DNA from: Albugo candida
Lineage: Eukaryota
NCBI GenBank assembly: GCA_040437565.1
Contig: JBDOQK010000004.1
Span: 310,001-374,000 of the forward strand
Direction of reading: 5' to 3'
Length of the DNA stretch: 64,000 bases
The notes beneath the pieces are model-generated. The model made no database searches. It saw only the letters and a list, made by a program, of their open reading frames with translations, and was not told where the DNA came from. Below are positions 1 to 11,727 of this stretch, piece after piece (positions within the stretch are counted from its first letter, which is position 1; each line of letters starts with the position of its first letter). The translations under genes and the position numbers were made by a program.

Positions 1-447
1 AATCTATGGTTGAACAGAAAGCTTTTCAGTTCAGTTATAAAAAAGGAGAGCATGTGGAGTACATGACCAAAGAGTTAGAAGATTTTGTCGAGTGTGGCAT
101 CAATCTGTCCGAGTTATTTATACCCATTTTCGTCGCTCTTTAATCTTGGTCCAATTTCGCTAGTTGACCTCGGCTACAAATCGCGGCTCGTAAGCATAGG
201 GATCAATTATGAGGCTTTTTGCACCAGAATGGAGGTATCAGGATTCAAATTTTCACTACTTTCCTGTGCTGATAGGCGACTTTATACAGCCACACATTGG
301 AATGAACGAACAAAGTCCAACATATTTATACAGGCTCGCATTCCTGCCGATGTTTGGCCTTCTCTAGCGAGCCAAATAACCGACGGAACGTGGCAGATTC
401 CAGACTATGATTCCGTTATTCCGATGAGAATAATAAAGATGCGATAA
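1..447 (+). CDS. Possible 3' end of a gene truncated by the window start; product unknown
   Basis: Open frames at 3-143 (SMVEQKAFQF...) and 85-447 could be joined by a short intron; no recognisable motif. Confidence 0.25.
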
Positions 448-1557
448 TGCTTGGATTATCGATTTGGAATTGACGATAGAAAGATCTTCTGATCTCAATC
501 CTTTGACTGCAGCAGAGTCTACAGATAGATACGCCTAGTGCGTGACTGAAAAGCTTATCAATTTGGATGTGATTACCTTACGAAGTAAATTCACAAGAGC
601 GTAACGATTGCATCATAGCGAACTATGCTGCTGCTGTCGTTGTTAGTAACACAACGTCAAGGTGGTAACTGTGCCAACTATTATGTAATATGATATGCAT
701 GGAATTTATGAGCATGTTTGCTCGTTTACGACAGTAGCAGATGTATCAAACGAGCGTTTCTGTTTTTGTGGCAGGCTGGGGAATGATTTAAAATTCAATT
801 CCACACAGTTATGGCAACTTTTTTAGATAGGAACTCGTACCTGCGCACAGCAGCCTACGATACGAAAAAGGACTTTTTAATTAATTAACAGAAACAAAGA
901 TAGCTTTCTCTATGATCTGCTTCTCCAGCATGACCTTACGTTCTCTTCTCTTCTCTGCAGCGGCTGGACATCTGCTCTGTCACTGTAAAACTTGAAAGAC
1001 GTTGCTCAATAAAAATGTTGGAAAAGTGTCTAATTGGAGTAAGCCCTACGCATTCTTTCTCACTTGGTCAATAATTCACTTTGCAGTGTACCATGCGCTA
1101 ATGGGGTACAAATTGTTAATACATCCAACTCACGCGCAACATGTATTTGCAAAACTCGCTTGGAGTCGATCATGTTCAATCGAGGAGAGATAGCTCACAA
1201 GAGCAATCTCTGATGCAGTGGAAGTGCTTCTTGTATTGGTGATGAAATGCATAATAAGAAGTGACCCGCAAGTAAACAACCTTGCACACAAGCTATCTTA
1301 TCTTCCTTAAAACAGATTAACGAGCGTGATTGGAGCTGCTCTCCCTTCAATCCCTCATATTCTGTTTTTACAAGTTGTCGAGTCGACTGTGAGTTGGATG
1401 GATTATGACTTGACTCGACATAGCGTGATTGTTCGTCAGGGTGCTCTCTTATAGCGTGATAATCTCGAACAACAACAATGGAACTATAACTGCACAATCG
1501 CGTCAGAGTAATGTTTATATCCGAATGGTATCATTCCTGATTATTTTAATTAACGTG

Positions 1558-2796
1558 TTACGCTGCTTGTGTAAACAAGGATAATCTGTGCTTTGATTTG
1601 CTTTCTAACTTTCTTAGTGTTGCTTGTGCTTGTAGCAAGTCCTTACTTACTTGATCATGCCACGCTTCAATGACTTCCAGTTTCTCCAAAGCGATGTGTT
1701 GCGTATTGAGCAGTATGCTCTCTGCGTACTTGAGTTTGCGCATGCCTTCGACGGCTAGGGCGGCATTGGGATTGACATAAACCAGTGTACGCCGAGCATA
1801 GTCGATGACAGCTTGAGGGAATTTAGGCGTCTTGAGATTTGCAAGCTCGGGTGCAAATTTTCGATATCGACGGTATGATTCGGGTTGTATTACGTGAGAT
1901 GCAGCATCCATAGCTCGACCAGCTTCGATTGCTAATGGATAACATCGTGTAACAAACTCATTCAACGTTCCAGTGTATTCCGGCGCGACTAAATCTGATA
2001 ATGCCAACCTTAATTTGTTGGTCGCATCACGATACAAATCTTCAATACGATGCAGTTGACGTTTGGTGCAATGACAAGCTTTGATCTCAGACATGCAAAT
2101 CGCAATTTGTGTCTGCAGATGATCGGCATTTCGTCCAGGTAAAACTTCCAGCAGCGAGCATAACAGCTCCTGTTTTTCACGTTCCAAGGTCTCAAGTCTC
2201 ATCGAAAAATACTTCTGGTCTCCACAATGACCCGATTCAGCCATAGTCAATTGACTACTACTCAAACCGTCTCCTGCTAGACACAGCGAGTTGTCAATGG
2301 TAGTCATTCTCAAATCTCTGATAGATGACGATCGTCGCTCGAGACGTTGTATTTCTGCATCGACAGAAGAAGAAGCTCCCATTTTGTGCAGTAATTTGGT
2401 TTTCAGCCTTTCCACTTTTTTTTCACGATTCAGCATGAAAAATCTTCGAAACGGTTGCGTATCATGCCGAACAATCTTTTCTACGAGCTCTTTCTGTGAC
2501 TTGACGAGCGCTTTCGACTCTTTCTTCGCTTCCTGCAATTCTTCTTTCACCCGTTCTGCTTCGAATTGTTCACAAGATGTAAATACTTGTGACGCACAGC
2601 TGATGCGTTCGATCTCGTGAGATACACGATCATATTTCTGACATATACTACGTCTCCAATACACAGTTGATGCAGCCATAATGTTTCTTTCACGCTCCGT
2701 TTGCGCGTTCCGTTTGATATTATGAATTGAAGGCTCGTCTTGAGTGCACGGTATTCCGCAGAAAATACCTTCGTTTGAGTCTCGATATGTCTGCAT
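1558..2796 (-). CDS. Helical/coiled-coil hypothetical protein (about 410 aa)
   Basis: Uninterrupted 413-codon ORF with charged heptad-like segments (ERVKEELQEAKKESKALVKSQKELVEKI); no catalytic motif recognised. Confidence 0.75.
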   Translation of the reverse strand: MQTYRDSNEGIFCGIPCTQDEPSIHNIKRNAQTERERNIMAASTVYWRRSICQKYDRVSHEIERISCASQVFTSCEQFEAERVKEELQEAKKESKALVKSQKELVEKIVRHDTQPFRRFFMLNREKKVERLKTKLLHKMGASSSVDAEIQRLERRSSSIRDLRMTTIDNSLCLAGDGLSSSQLTMAESGHCGDQKYFSMRLETLEREKQELLCSLLEVLPGRNADHLQTQIAICMSEIKACHCTKRQLHRIEDLYRDATNKLRLALSDLVAPEYTGTLNEFVTRCYPLAIEAGRAMDAASHVIQPESYRRYRKFAPELANLKTPKFPQAVIDYARRTLVYVNPNAALAVEGMRKLKYAESILLNTQHIALEKLEVIEAWHDQVSKDLLQAQATLRKLESKSKHRLSLFTQAA

Positions 2797-3176
2797 CAAA
2801 AGTCGACGAGCTAAAACATATCAGCAATATTAACTTAATGAAACGGTATGCTGATTTCAGTGAGATGAGGAGTCTGAAGATGTAATTATTACAAGGCCGA
2901 CCGGTAGTTGCAAATAAGATATAATGGCATCCACACTCGTAATTGTTATGGTAGGAGTCTTTCCAGGAACCACATAATCGAAACGATAAAATATCTGGTG
3001 TAGAAGCGGTGTAAGCCAGCCCGAATTGGCTCGTTTTGGTCGTTGCGCTATTTTTGCACCCTTATGTATAGATTGTAATTATAGCGAAATTACCGTGGAA
3101 TCTGCTTCAGAATGCTACTTTGCACGAGATTTTCTCAATAATAATTCGGAAACGCATAGTGTCAGAACCAAACCCG

Positions 3177-3897
3177 ATGACCAAGAACTCGTCTCTACGT
3201 TGTACTTTGGTCAAGCATACGGTAGGAAGTGTAAGGCGGACGACATACGACCTTCCCGATAATGAAGATAGCAACCACGTTTATGGCTACCGGCTACCTC
3301 GAGATCCAGAAGGAGCAGGAGATATGATTAGAAATTGGGCACATGGAAGGCATTCTGAACAGTGAGGCGTATAATCCCGTAAATCTTTCGTTCTGACGAG
3401 ACTTCATTGTTTACAAAACAGTGACGGCTTGCTAGATGATTCGACGGCAGAACTCGCTGGAAACACGCCAAAAAGAAGCCAATCACCAAGGGTGGACATG
3501 ACTCATGGTGTCAAGACATTGTATGCTCGAATTGTTTTCTGCGTCCAATCGCGTGCTGATTTTGATCGATACTTAGACCTTCGGAAGATATTCGCGGTTT
3601 GATTCAAGCTCGGTACACAGATTTTAGCAATGATAGCTCCAATTATGCCGATCTGTCGCGCATGCAGGCCAAAGGGGTACATTTGATTACAGACGTGCTT
3701 TACAAGGGGCGTTACTAATGTTGCGATTTTGTATTGAACAGCAACTGCCAAGAGAAGCCAGAGAATGTGTCATAAAAGATATTCGGAAATTTGCGATGCC
3801 AGTAAAAGTGAAGGAATCTCCAAGGGAACAATTCAAGATGACAAAATTCAAAAGAGTACCTCCCGTACTCCATACACAGCCAACACGCATGACGTGA
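3177..3897 (+). CDS. CFAP77: CFAP77/C9orf171-like axonemal protein, spliced; 5' end uncertain
   Basis: Spliced exons give LVKHTVGSVRRTTYDLP...VYGYRLPRDPEGAGDMIRNW, DMTHGVKTLPSEDIRGLIQARY and FKMTKFKRVPP, matching the N-terminal, central and C-terminal motifs I recall for CFAP77; GT-AG introns near 3363-3420 and 3521-3576. Confidence 0.7.
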
Positions 3898-4358
3898 TAG
3901 GGTCGGTCAGAAGGAGCAGATGGAATGCAAGTGTCTGGCGCACATGCTCTAATTGTTATCAGTACGAGCTGAATATCTATCCGCGTTTGTAGCGATCAAA
4001 CAGGAGGCATAAACGGCAGTACTTATACCTTAGATGTAAATGCTGACGTATGAACTGTATTTACTGCAATTGATGTTAATAACTTCTTGATCGTATCGAT
4101 TTTGCAACAATGACCGCACCACCAAGCCCAGCACTGAATAGTGTCTGTTGTAAAGCTGCACTCTGAAACTAAAGCATGTACCACCGCAGTAAATTTTGTT
4201 CACTCGGTAAATGCTGAAGCTTTTGTTCTGCACACCGAGCGACAATACATTGAATAGAAAAGCATTTAAGCTCTTTTTTTCGATGTAAAACATTCAATCT
4301 GCACCTCCAATCACAACTCTGCATTTAGTCTGCAAAGCAACCGGATTTGTGGTCCCTG

Positions 4359-6604
4359 ATGAGTAGCTTCCACAAAACAGCAAATTGGAATCGCTCTTTG
4401 CTTCTTACGATTTTACTATGCGCCTCTGTGTGCACGCATGTACCCAACGTGCAAGGAATTGGAGAAACTGACGTTTCACATAAAGGCATAAAGCTCAACG
4501 ATACGTTCATTGAAAGTCTACAAAGCTCTGGGACGTTTGAATGTCGAAACAGAGGCGAACTGATCACAATGAAAAAGAAATATTTGAACGATGACTATTG
4601 TGACTGTGAAGACGATGGAAAGGATGAACCAGGAACCTCTGCTTGCTCTTTCATTTTGGAACCATCTAGAAACTACTACTGCGCCGATGATCGTTACATG
4701 ACGCAAGAGGTTCTATTAAACTCGTTAAGGGCGCTGTGATTCCTTACTTGTTTCCGCGTTTGCAGGTTCATAGCTCACAAGTCAATGATGGTGTATGTGA
4801 CTGCTGTGATGGAAGCGATGAATGGCTATCATCTGATTCATGGAAAAGTACAAGCTGCCCGCATACGTGCATTAATGTCGCAGTTGAATCGAAGGAAAGA
4901 GCAATTAAACGTTTGGACTTGGTTCGCAAAGGCTATGAAAGGCGACAATATGACTTGCAGGGACCAATACAGGAATCCTACAAGAACATACAGCTAACAC
5001 TTGATAAAGAAAAACACGAAATTGCCAAGCTTCGGGCGTTGAAAAAAAAGGTGGAAATGTATAAAGAGCATGAAGAAAGAGTAGAAGCACAGAGAAGGTT
5101 GGAGCGTGCGGAAGAAAGTATCTCGGATTTGCCAGAGGATGAAAACAAGACAGAAAGCTCCACTGATTCTGACACAAGAGAAGATACCCCAAATGATTTA
5201 GCTGAGGAAGCTCGAGAGTCTCATCAAGAATCTCATGAACATGATTCCTTTGAAGAAATCGATACCTCCGTAGATTTGGAATATGAAGAGTCTACAAAAC
5301 TTGATCTTGATCTTGCCCCGATTACAATTCCTGTAGAGAGATCGGATGGCAACAAGGTTTGCGTCAGCAATATGAGCTATCCTTTGGCTAATTTGTGGAT
5401 CTAGATTTCTCTGTTCGATTATATCCATGAACAAGAGCAAACCACGTATGTACATTTCCTCGCACAAGCGATCATTTTTTCCCTTACTCTCTCACCATCA
5501 CCTATAGTGAGACACAAGATGAAGCAGAAGGAAAGGTCTGGTCAGTTGGATGGACTGTACCTTTAAACTGGAAGTTTGTGTATCTGATCATACTCAGAAC
5601 AAGCGGTACGTATCTTGGGGTTTACATTCTTTCTTCAAACTTCCTTATCGGCTCCAATGCAAATAGGACTTTTATTCTCTCCGATTCGAGCGCTTGTAGA
5701 ATTTGTCTTATTTCTACCATCTATCATCCTGGACCTCCTCGTGGAATTGGAGTTGATCGAAGACCCAAATCAATCAATCTTGGCTGGCAAGTCGCACATA
5801 ATCATAGATATACTGTTTTCTTGATACTTGGTCTACTTCATAGCTCAATCAGCACATCTTGAAGCGCTAATATTCCGATATTTTGGTAGAGGGTTTGCAT
5901 ATCGATTCTATAGAGATTTTATATGGAGCGTCCGAGTTTTTTGGGACTCACCGATTTGGCTATACAACTATCATTTGTACGTCATTCCCGGTTGCAAGTG
6001 TTTGGGCGAATTGCAATATCCTCATCCCGTAGTCCCGAATCTGAAGCTATTCCGAAATCTCCAGAAGCAGAATCATTACGGCAAATTTTGCAACATATTG
6101 ATCAGAAAATGGATCATCATGAGAGGGTGTATCAGTCTCATCAGAAAGCGTATACCCAAGATTTTGGTCCTCAGCGAGAATTCTCCCTGCTTCGAAATGG
6201 CTGTCTGAAATCGCATGTTGGGGTATGGCGGTTCATTACTGCAGTGAAATGCATACTCAGTGATCGAATCGTGTATTTCATAGGGATACACGTATAAATT
6301 CTGCGCATTTCAAGAAGTTCTCCAGGATCATGTGAATATGGGCTATTTCAAAAATTGGGATCAATCAGGTGACGCAGACTCTCAATACACAAAAATGTTG
6401 TTTGGAGGCGGTGCCAAATGCTGGAATGGACCAGAACGATCCACAATTGTGCATTTGATATGTGGAACCACAGAGGAAATCGTATCGGTCGATGAGCCAA
6501 GGACGTGCGAATATGAAATGGTCGTTAGCACACATGCAGCATGCACGGATAAGATCTTGAACAAGGCGCAGAAAGAGTTTGATTTCTGGCAAGAAAAAGT
6601 ATAA
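4359..6604 (+). CDS. PRKCSH: Glucosidase II beta subunit-like protein (PRKCSH family), multi-exon
   Basis: Signal peptide; NDDYCDCEDDGKDEPGTSAC and VNDGVCDCCDGSDE motifs; acidic coiled coil; DFGPQREF; C-terminal MRH domain (GGAKCWNGPERSTIVHLICG...DEPRTCEYEM). Confidence 0.9.
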
Positions 6605-6822
6605 CGGCCCAAATCATGTCTTTTCATAACCCTCTCCGTAATACGATTCAACTTCCAAAGCAAAATAAGAAATATAGCTTTATTCGTTGCGGGACTGAAA
6701 TTGATGCATCAAGATCACACAAAAGGTGAAGTACCCACTCAGCCAAAACTTTTCCATCAGTCGACCATAATTGACGGGATTGCTAGGTAAACATACTTCG
6801 GACTATTAGAGGTAGGGCTTTT

Positions 6823-8128
6823 TCAGGTGCGCACAAGATCGCCAAAATAAGCTACTAGGACCTTTTCGTGACCATTAAGAAATACCTTATCGCAAGATAC
6901 TGATTGCTCAGGCACCAGAGCTTGTAATTCATCCTGTGAAGTGGCTTTTGGGAGATAGTATACAATATTTCCGGTGATTTTGACGGCCAATTGAAATAAA
7001 TCTTGACCGGAGCATGATTCATTAATCATCATGTCTTCCAGAGTATACAGATCCCGATTGTAGTTGAGACCTCCCCAAGGTGGAGAAAGAAAAATCACAT
7101 CAGCCTGCAGTTTTGAAAGTACTTGAAGCGCATCACCACAAATCCATTCGATGCGATCGGATACGCCATAAACCTTTGCATTATGCTTTGCTTTCTGGAT
7201 GCGATCAGGGTCGATTTCCACTGCAATCACATGGTGACAAGTGAGAGCAAGTTGTATCGTGTTCCCGCCACAGCCTGCAAATAAATCGACCACAGTACCA
7301 CAGCGCACTCGTTCAGCGATATGTTCCGCTATAGCTTGTGGCGTCACCTTTGTAAGCAGTAACATTATCAATACACAGCTATTGAAAAATGCTTGCGTAC
7401 CGAATACCAGCTTTCGTAATCCATCTCAATTCCTTCATCATAGCGATTAAATAGCTGGTAGCGTTGTCTCCAAAACTTAATGATAGATCGATCTGATGCA
7501 CACAAAAAATAAGGGAACAATTAATCAGAATGACGTCACTATTATCCCTTCACCTTGCTGAAGGTAGGATGGTGGATCAATGGCATCAGCGACTTTTGTG
7601 AAAGTTTCTTGGACAGTGTCAATCTCTACAGACATTTCTCCTTCCGGCTCAGTCTTTGGTAAAAGAACAGCGTTTTCAGAGCCATTTGCTTCAAACAAGT
7701 CCAAAATTACTACATCATCTTGACCTACTATTGCAGATGAATGTGCGTCATCGCCATCATCATCATGATGTTGTTCCTGAATTCCTTCACCCATTTCCTG
7801 TCCGTTAGAACACTCCTTTCCACTCTTTCCAAAAGCTGTCGGCAATGAGTATTTATCGTATCCGGCTTGTTGCATTTCATCCAGTAGCTGGAGACGCGCA
7901 GATTGGAAATATTGTGCATTGATTGATTCTTCGGGTGAGATGAAGATTCTAGACTTTTGAGTTCTTTGGCGCTTGGTTTTTTGTATCCCATTTCGCTGCC
8001 GCTTGCGATTGCGTTTCTTTGACGGTTGTTGAATTCCCTGATCCAACGTACATAATGAGCTATTGCAAATAGGAATTATCGTTCATAATATATACCTGAC
8101 TCGAGTTCGTTGTGAGCCAAATCTCATG
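6823..8128 (-). CDS. TGS1: Trimethylguanosine synthase (RNA cap hypermethylase), spliced; start uncertain
   Basis: KFWRQRYQLFNRYDEGIEMDYESWYS|VTPQAIAEHIA, VVDLFAGCGGNTIQ (SAM motif) and DVIFLSPPWGG; basic N-terminal NLS-like stretch. Confidence 0.92.
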
Positions 8129-8149
8129 CGTTTGGATCATTATCCACTG

Positions 8150-9271
8150 CTAATGATTAAGTTTATTAGGTACATCGTTGCATCGGCCGTAATTACGTTT
8201 CTGAGCATTTATATGCTTGCGCACTTTTAATTTGGCAGTTTGCAATAGCAGCCAGTAATGCTGGTCATCTGGGTTCAGTTTGCAAGCTCCGTTTAAATCT
8301 CTCAATGCTGATTTCAAATCGTTCTTCAATAAGTTTGCTCTTCCGCGTTCAAAGTAGATTGAAGCCAATTCTTTATCATTGTGATGGTTCCGAAGAATTA
8401 TGCATTGAGTGAGATAAGACACCGCAGTCGAATAATCATTTTCAGCCAACGCCTTACGTGCCTCCGAACGCAGAAAATCGAATTTCTGGAACCGGCGAAG
8501 CTCGACAACTGTATGGTCGTCGCTTGGTACCGAATGAAGGAAAGTCGTGACAACATTTGTTGCTTCTTCAGCTAAGCAACAACAATCCAGCGCTTGTGCG
8601 TAGTAAAGGGTCAGTTGAGGATCCAGCTTTACCATTGATTTTTCCTTTAGTAGCAAGCAGCAGTCTCGGTATCGTTTCAGTCGCAATAAAGATGAAGCTT
8701 GGATAATAAGAAGAGGAATAGAAAGTGGTGCTATCACAATCAATCCTTCAGCTTCAATCAGCATCCTTGCCGTGACATTCGGGGGCGGATTGAACCGCTT
8801 GTGGCGATTTGTCAATTGCTCTAATCGGTCCTGAAATCTCACGCATTTGAATAGCAACTTCTTTGCATCATTTAGTAGCAATTCATTGGTTTGTTTTGTG
8901 CTTTTGTATAAACTGACACATTCTCCCAAGATATTTCTCGCTTTATCAGTAGCACCAAAGTATAAGTGAGCTGCAGCGAGACAAACAAATTCCTGGAGTA
9001 ATGGCCAAGTACTCTGCAGAACATATTCAGCTTTGTGCTCGCATAGAATAGAATGCCACACATTGCAAAACATGACAAATGTAGCATGATCTTTCTGTTG
9101 GATTATGATCGTCTCAACACTTTGTCGAATTCTAGAAAACTCCTGCAAATCGAACCGATCCGGAGTTTCTTTCGTAAGCGCGAAAAATTCTTCAATTATT
9201 CTTTCAAAAGAGACCTCAGACAACATCTGCGGAGCAATAGGGTCGAGATTCCTGCTCTCGGTCGAGGACAT
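8150..9271 (-). CDS. TPR-repeat protein (resembles the DNAJC7 TPR array; no J domain seen)
   Basis: Long ORF with TPR-like helices (ARKALAENDYSTAVSYLTQCI...ASIYFERGRANLLKNDLKSALRDLNGACKLNPDD). Confidence 0.8.
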   Translation of the reverse strand: MSSTESRNLDPIAPQMLSEVSFERIIEEFFALTKETPDRFDLQEFSRIRQSVETIIIQQKDHATFVMFCNVWHSILCEHKAEYVLQSTWPLLQEFVCLAAAHLYFGATDKARNILGECVSLYKSTKQTNELLLNDAKKLLFKCVRFQDRLEQLTNRHKRFNPPPNVTARMLIEAEGLIVIAPLSIPLLIIQASSLLRLKRYRDCCLLLKEKSMVKLDPQLTLYYAQALDCCCLAEEATNVVTTFLHSVPSDDHTVVELRRFQKFDFLRSEARKALAENDYSTAVSYLTQCIILRNHHNDKELASIYFERGRANLLKNDLKSALRDLNGACKLNPDDQHYWLLLQTAKLKVRKHINAQKRNYGRCNDVPNKLNH

Positions 9272-9795
9272 GCCTTCCCACAGGACCGCAAGTACACTTG
9301 GGTTTCTAATGAATTGAAATCGCAAATAATTATATTCGAATATTATTCTTTCTATGTATAGTCCGATCTTCCCGTCATATTAAGCCTGGACACTAATGAT
9401 ATCGCATACTGGCCACGCACGATAGTAAGAAGACTGGATAATGTCTGAATATTGTGGCCGCAAGACAAACGCGAAGTATATCACGGTCGTTTTTTATTTA
9501 TCTTGTAGCTTTGAATCAAAGGATTTCTCACGGTCGAATAGTCGAATAGAAGTATGCTTTGGAGTCATTTGCACGGGTAGTCAATAATACATTGTGCTTT
9601 GACTTTATACGATGAGAGCACAATGTACTTTTCAATCTATCAACTTCCGACGCTTGGCTGCTCCATCGTGAGAAGAGGCGAAATGTAGCTTGAGATGTAA
9701 CTGGACGCGATGTACTTTATGTTATAATCAAGTCTTTCTGTATCAGATTAATTGACAATTGTCGAGTTACTAGAAGTGTTTGCAAGCAGAAGCGC

Positions 9796-11577
9796 ATGGC
9801 TTCCAGCGACGTGATGTGTATCCTACAACGAGAACTACAGCTTACAAGAGAGCGAGAAAGCGATATTCAGCAAGTCCTTCGGAACGTACAAACAAACATT
9901 GAAAAGGATAAGGAATTATTGAACCTGTACCAAATGGCAATCGTTAAATTGCGTGAGGCATTGATGCAAGAGCGACAACTTCAGGACGAATCCCCCAAGC
10001 ATTTCCAAAAATCACTGAGACAAAAGAATCACGAAAATGAAGAGTCTCCAGGTAGCTTATGGTACAGATTTTCGCGTGAGGAAATCCGTGACCGAAACGA
10101 TACAGATAGCTCCGATACCTCACATTGTGGTTGCGCTTCCCCATATAAAGAGGAGTCAGTCACTTTATCCGATGAGGCTAGGGATTACAAAGTACAGAAT
10201 GAAGCGATACGATCAAAAACTCATGCATTGAATAGCTCCATAATGCAGCAATACCTTCCTTCCAGCTTGTTGGATTCTCTTCATATAGATAAGAATGGTG
10301 CAAGCCTTTTCATTTCAGAACACTCGGACACGCCTGAATCAGACTCAACGAGTACTGGATCAACTGTGAATGGAGCGGTAGCGTATGACGACAGAAGGTT
10401 CACAGGTAACATTCGGGAAGAGCACCCATCCGGCAAGACTGACAAAGGACGACAATCAGATCAGAAAGCCTATGGTCTACTCGAATTCGGTCAGCGTAAC
10501 TATAGTCAAACTGACGGTTTGGCTGTAATGGCTTCCGATAAGAGAGAACACGCACATTGCATTGAAAATCAATCCGTGTCCTCCTCTACCGCAAAAAAGC
10601 CGTGTGGTACCGTGATTCTATCAGCGCTTTCTTCACTTAGTACGGTCTTCCAATTCATTGCAAAGGAAGAACTTGAGCGTATTTTAATCGCTGTTGAAGG
10701 TGATGTCTCAGTTGCTATCGATCGCATCTTATATGAGCATCCATCCATGTACCCATCGGATGTTATGGTCGATTTGAAATCAAGAGAATCCTCCGATGAC
10801 AACATAAATTGGTCGGCCAGAAACGATTGGAATACCGGAACTTGTCCACTTGAATATGGTCCACTCCAAAACTACGCACAAAAAGATTCTTTCGTTTTGA
10901 GCAATCGCCGAAAATTCGAATCAAATGTAGAAAATGGAAGCTTTTTAATAAAACGTCAAAACGCAAAAGTAAGCCAAAAGAACTTCCGAAATGATGACTT
11001 CCGGTCATCGTTGGCAAGTCCAGTCTCAGATGGCTTTTCTCCTCGGCTGCATAGTTATAAGACCGAAATTTGCTTATTCTACTTGCGTGGAACGTGCAAT
11101 TACGCCAGAGAAGAATGCCGGTTTGCTCACGGCGAAAAGGATCTTCGAGCAATACATGACAACAAAGCGCGAGAGATGTATTTATCCACCAAGTCTAGAG
11201 CAATCAATCTGGGTTTGAGAGATTTCGCCTCCGTCTCAGCGAACGGACTCTTTACCCTTCCATCAGCTTACGTATGTTCTCAAAGCACGCATCATTCCGC
11301 AGATGATACAAAGCAATATCAGCAAAGGGATCAAGAAATTTCACCGTCTCTCGTACAGTGTGGAATCAATAGATTTGATGCATCATGCACGGAGAATTTT
11401 CCAGATATGGAGAGGCGCTCAGCACATGCATCGTGCTATCATATGAATTCTCATCATTGTTTTAGACAACGGAATCACTCGAGTCATTTTTTACATCAGA
11501 TGCACCCTCGACAAAAAGTCAGCAGTTTACATGCGGTGAGGAACACTAGAGGTCGGAAAATGGCATCCGAATGGTAA
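9796..11577 (+). CDS. Coiled-coil + CUE-like + CCCH zinc-finger protein
   Basis: 593-aa ORF; CUE-like LSTVFQFIAKEELERILIAVEGDVSVAIDRIL; YKTEIC-x7-C-x6-C-x3-HGEKDLR finger. Confidence 0.85.
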   Translation: MASSDVMCILQRELQLTRERESDIQQVLRNVQTNIEKDKELLNLYQMAIVKLREALMQERQLQDESPKHFQKSLRQKNHENEESPGSLWYRFSREEIRDRNDTDSSDTSHCGCASPYKEESVTLSDEARDYKVQNEAIRSKTHALNSSIMQQYLPSSLLDSLHIDKNGASLFISEHSDTPESDSTSTGSTVNGAVAYDDRRFTGNIREEHPSGKTDKGRQSDQKAYGLLEFGQRNYSQTDGLAVMASDKREHAHCIENQSVSSSTAKKPCGTVILSALSSLSTVFQFIAKEELERILIAVEGDVSVAIDRILYEHPSMYPSDVMVDLKSRESSDDNINWSARNDWNTGTCPLEYGPLQNYAQKDSFVLSNRRKFESNVENGSFLIKRQNAKVSQKNFRNDDFRSSLASPVSDGFSPRLHSYKTEICLFYLRGTCNYAREECRFAHGEKDLRAIHDNKAREMYLSTKSRAINLGLRDFASVSANGLFTLPSAYVCSQSTHHSADDTKQYQQRDQEISPSLVQCGINRFDASCTENFPDMERRSAHASCYHMNSHHCFRQRNHSSHFLHQMHPRQKVSSLHAVRNTRGRKMASEW

Positions 11578-11727
11578 TTTTGTTGTTCATAAATGAGTGC
11601 TGGAAAGATTGCTTCAAACTTTATTATAATGCGAATCAATAGAGTGGAAGATATCTCCCTACACAAATGAGATTGCATTTTCTTGTATGTATATATTCCT
11701 ACTTGACTATCAGCAAATGCTTTGCGG

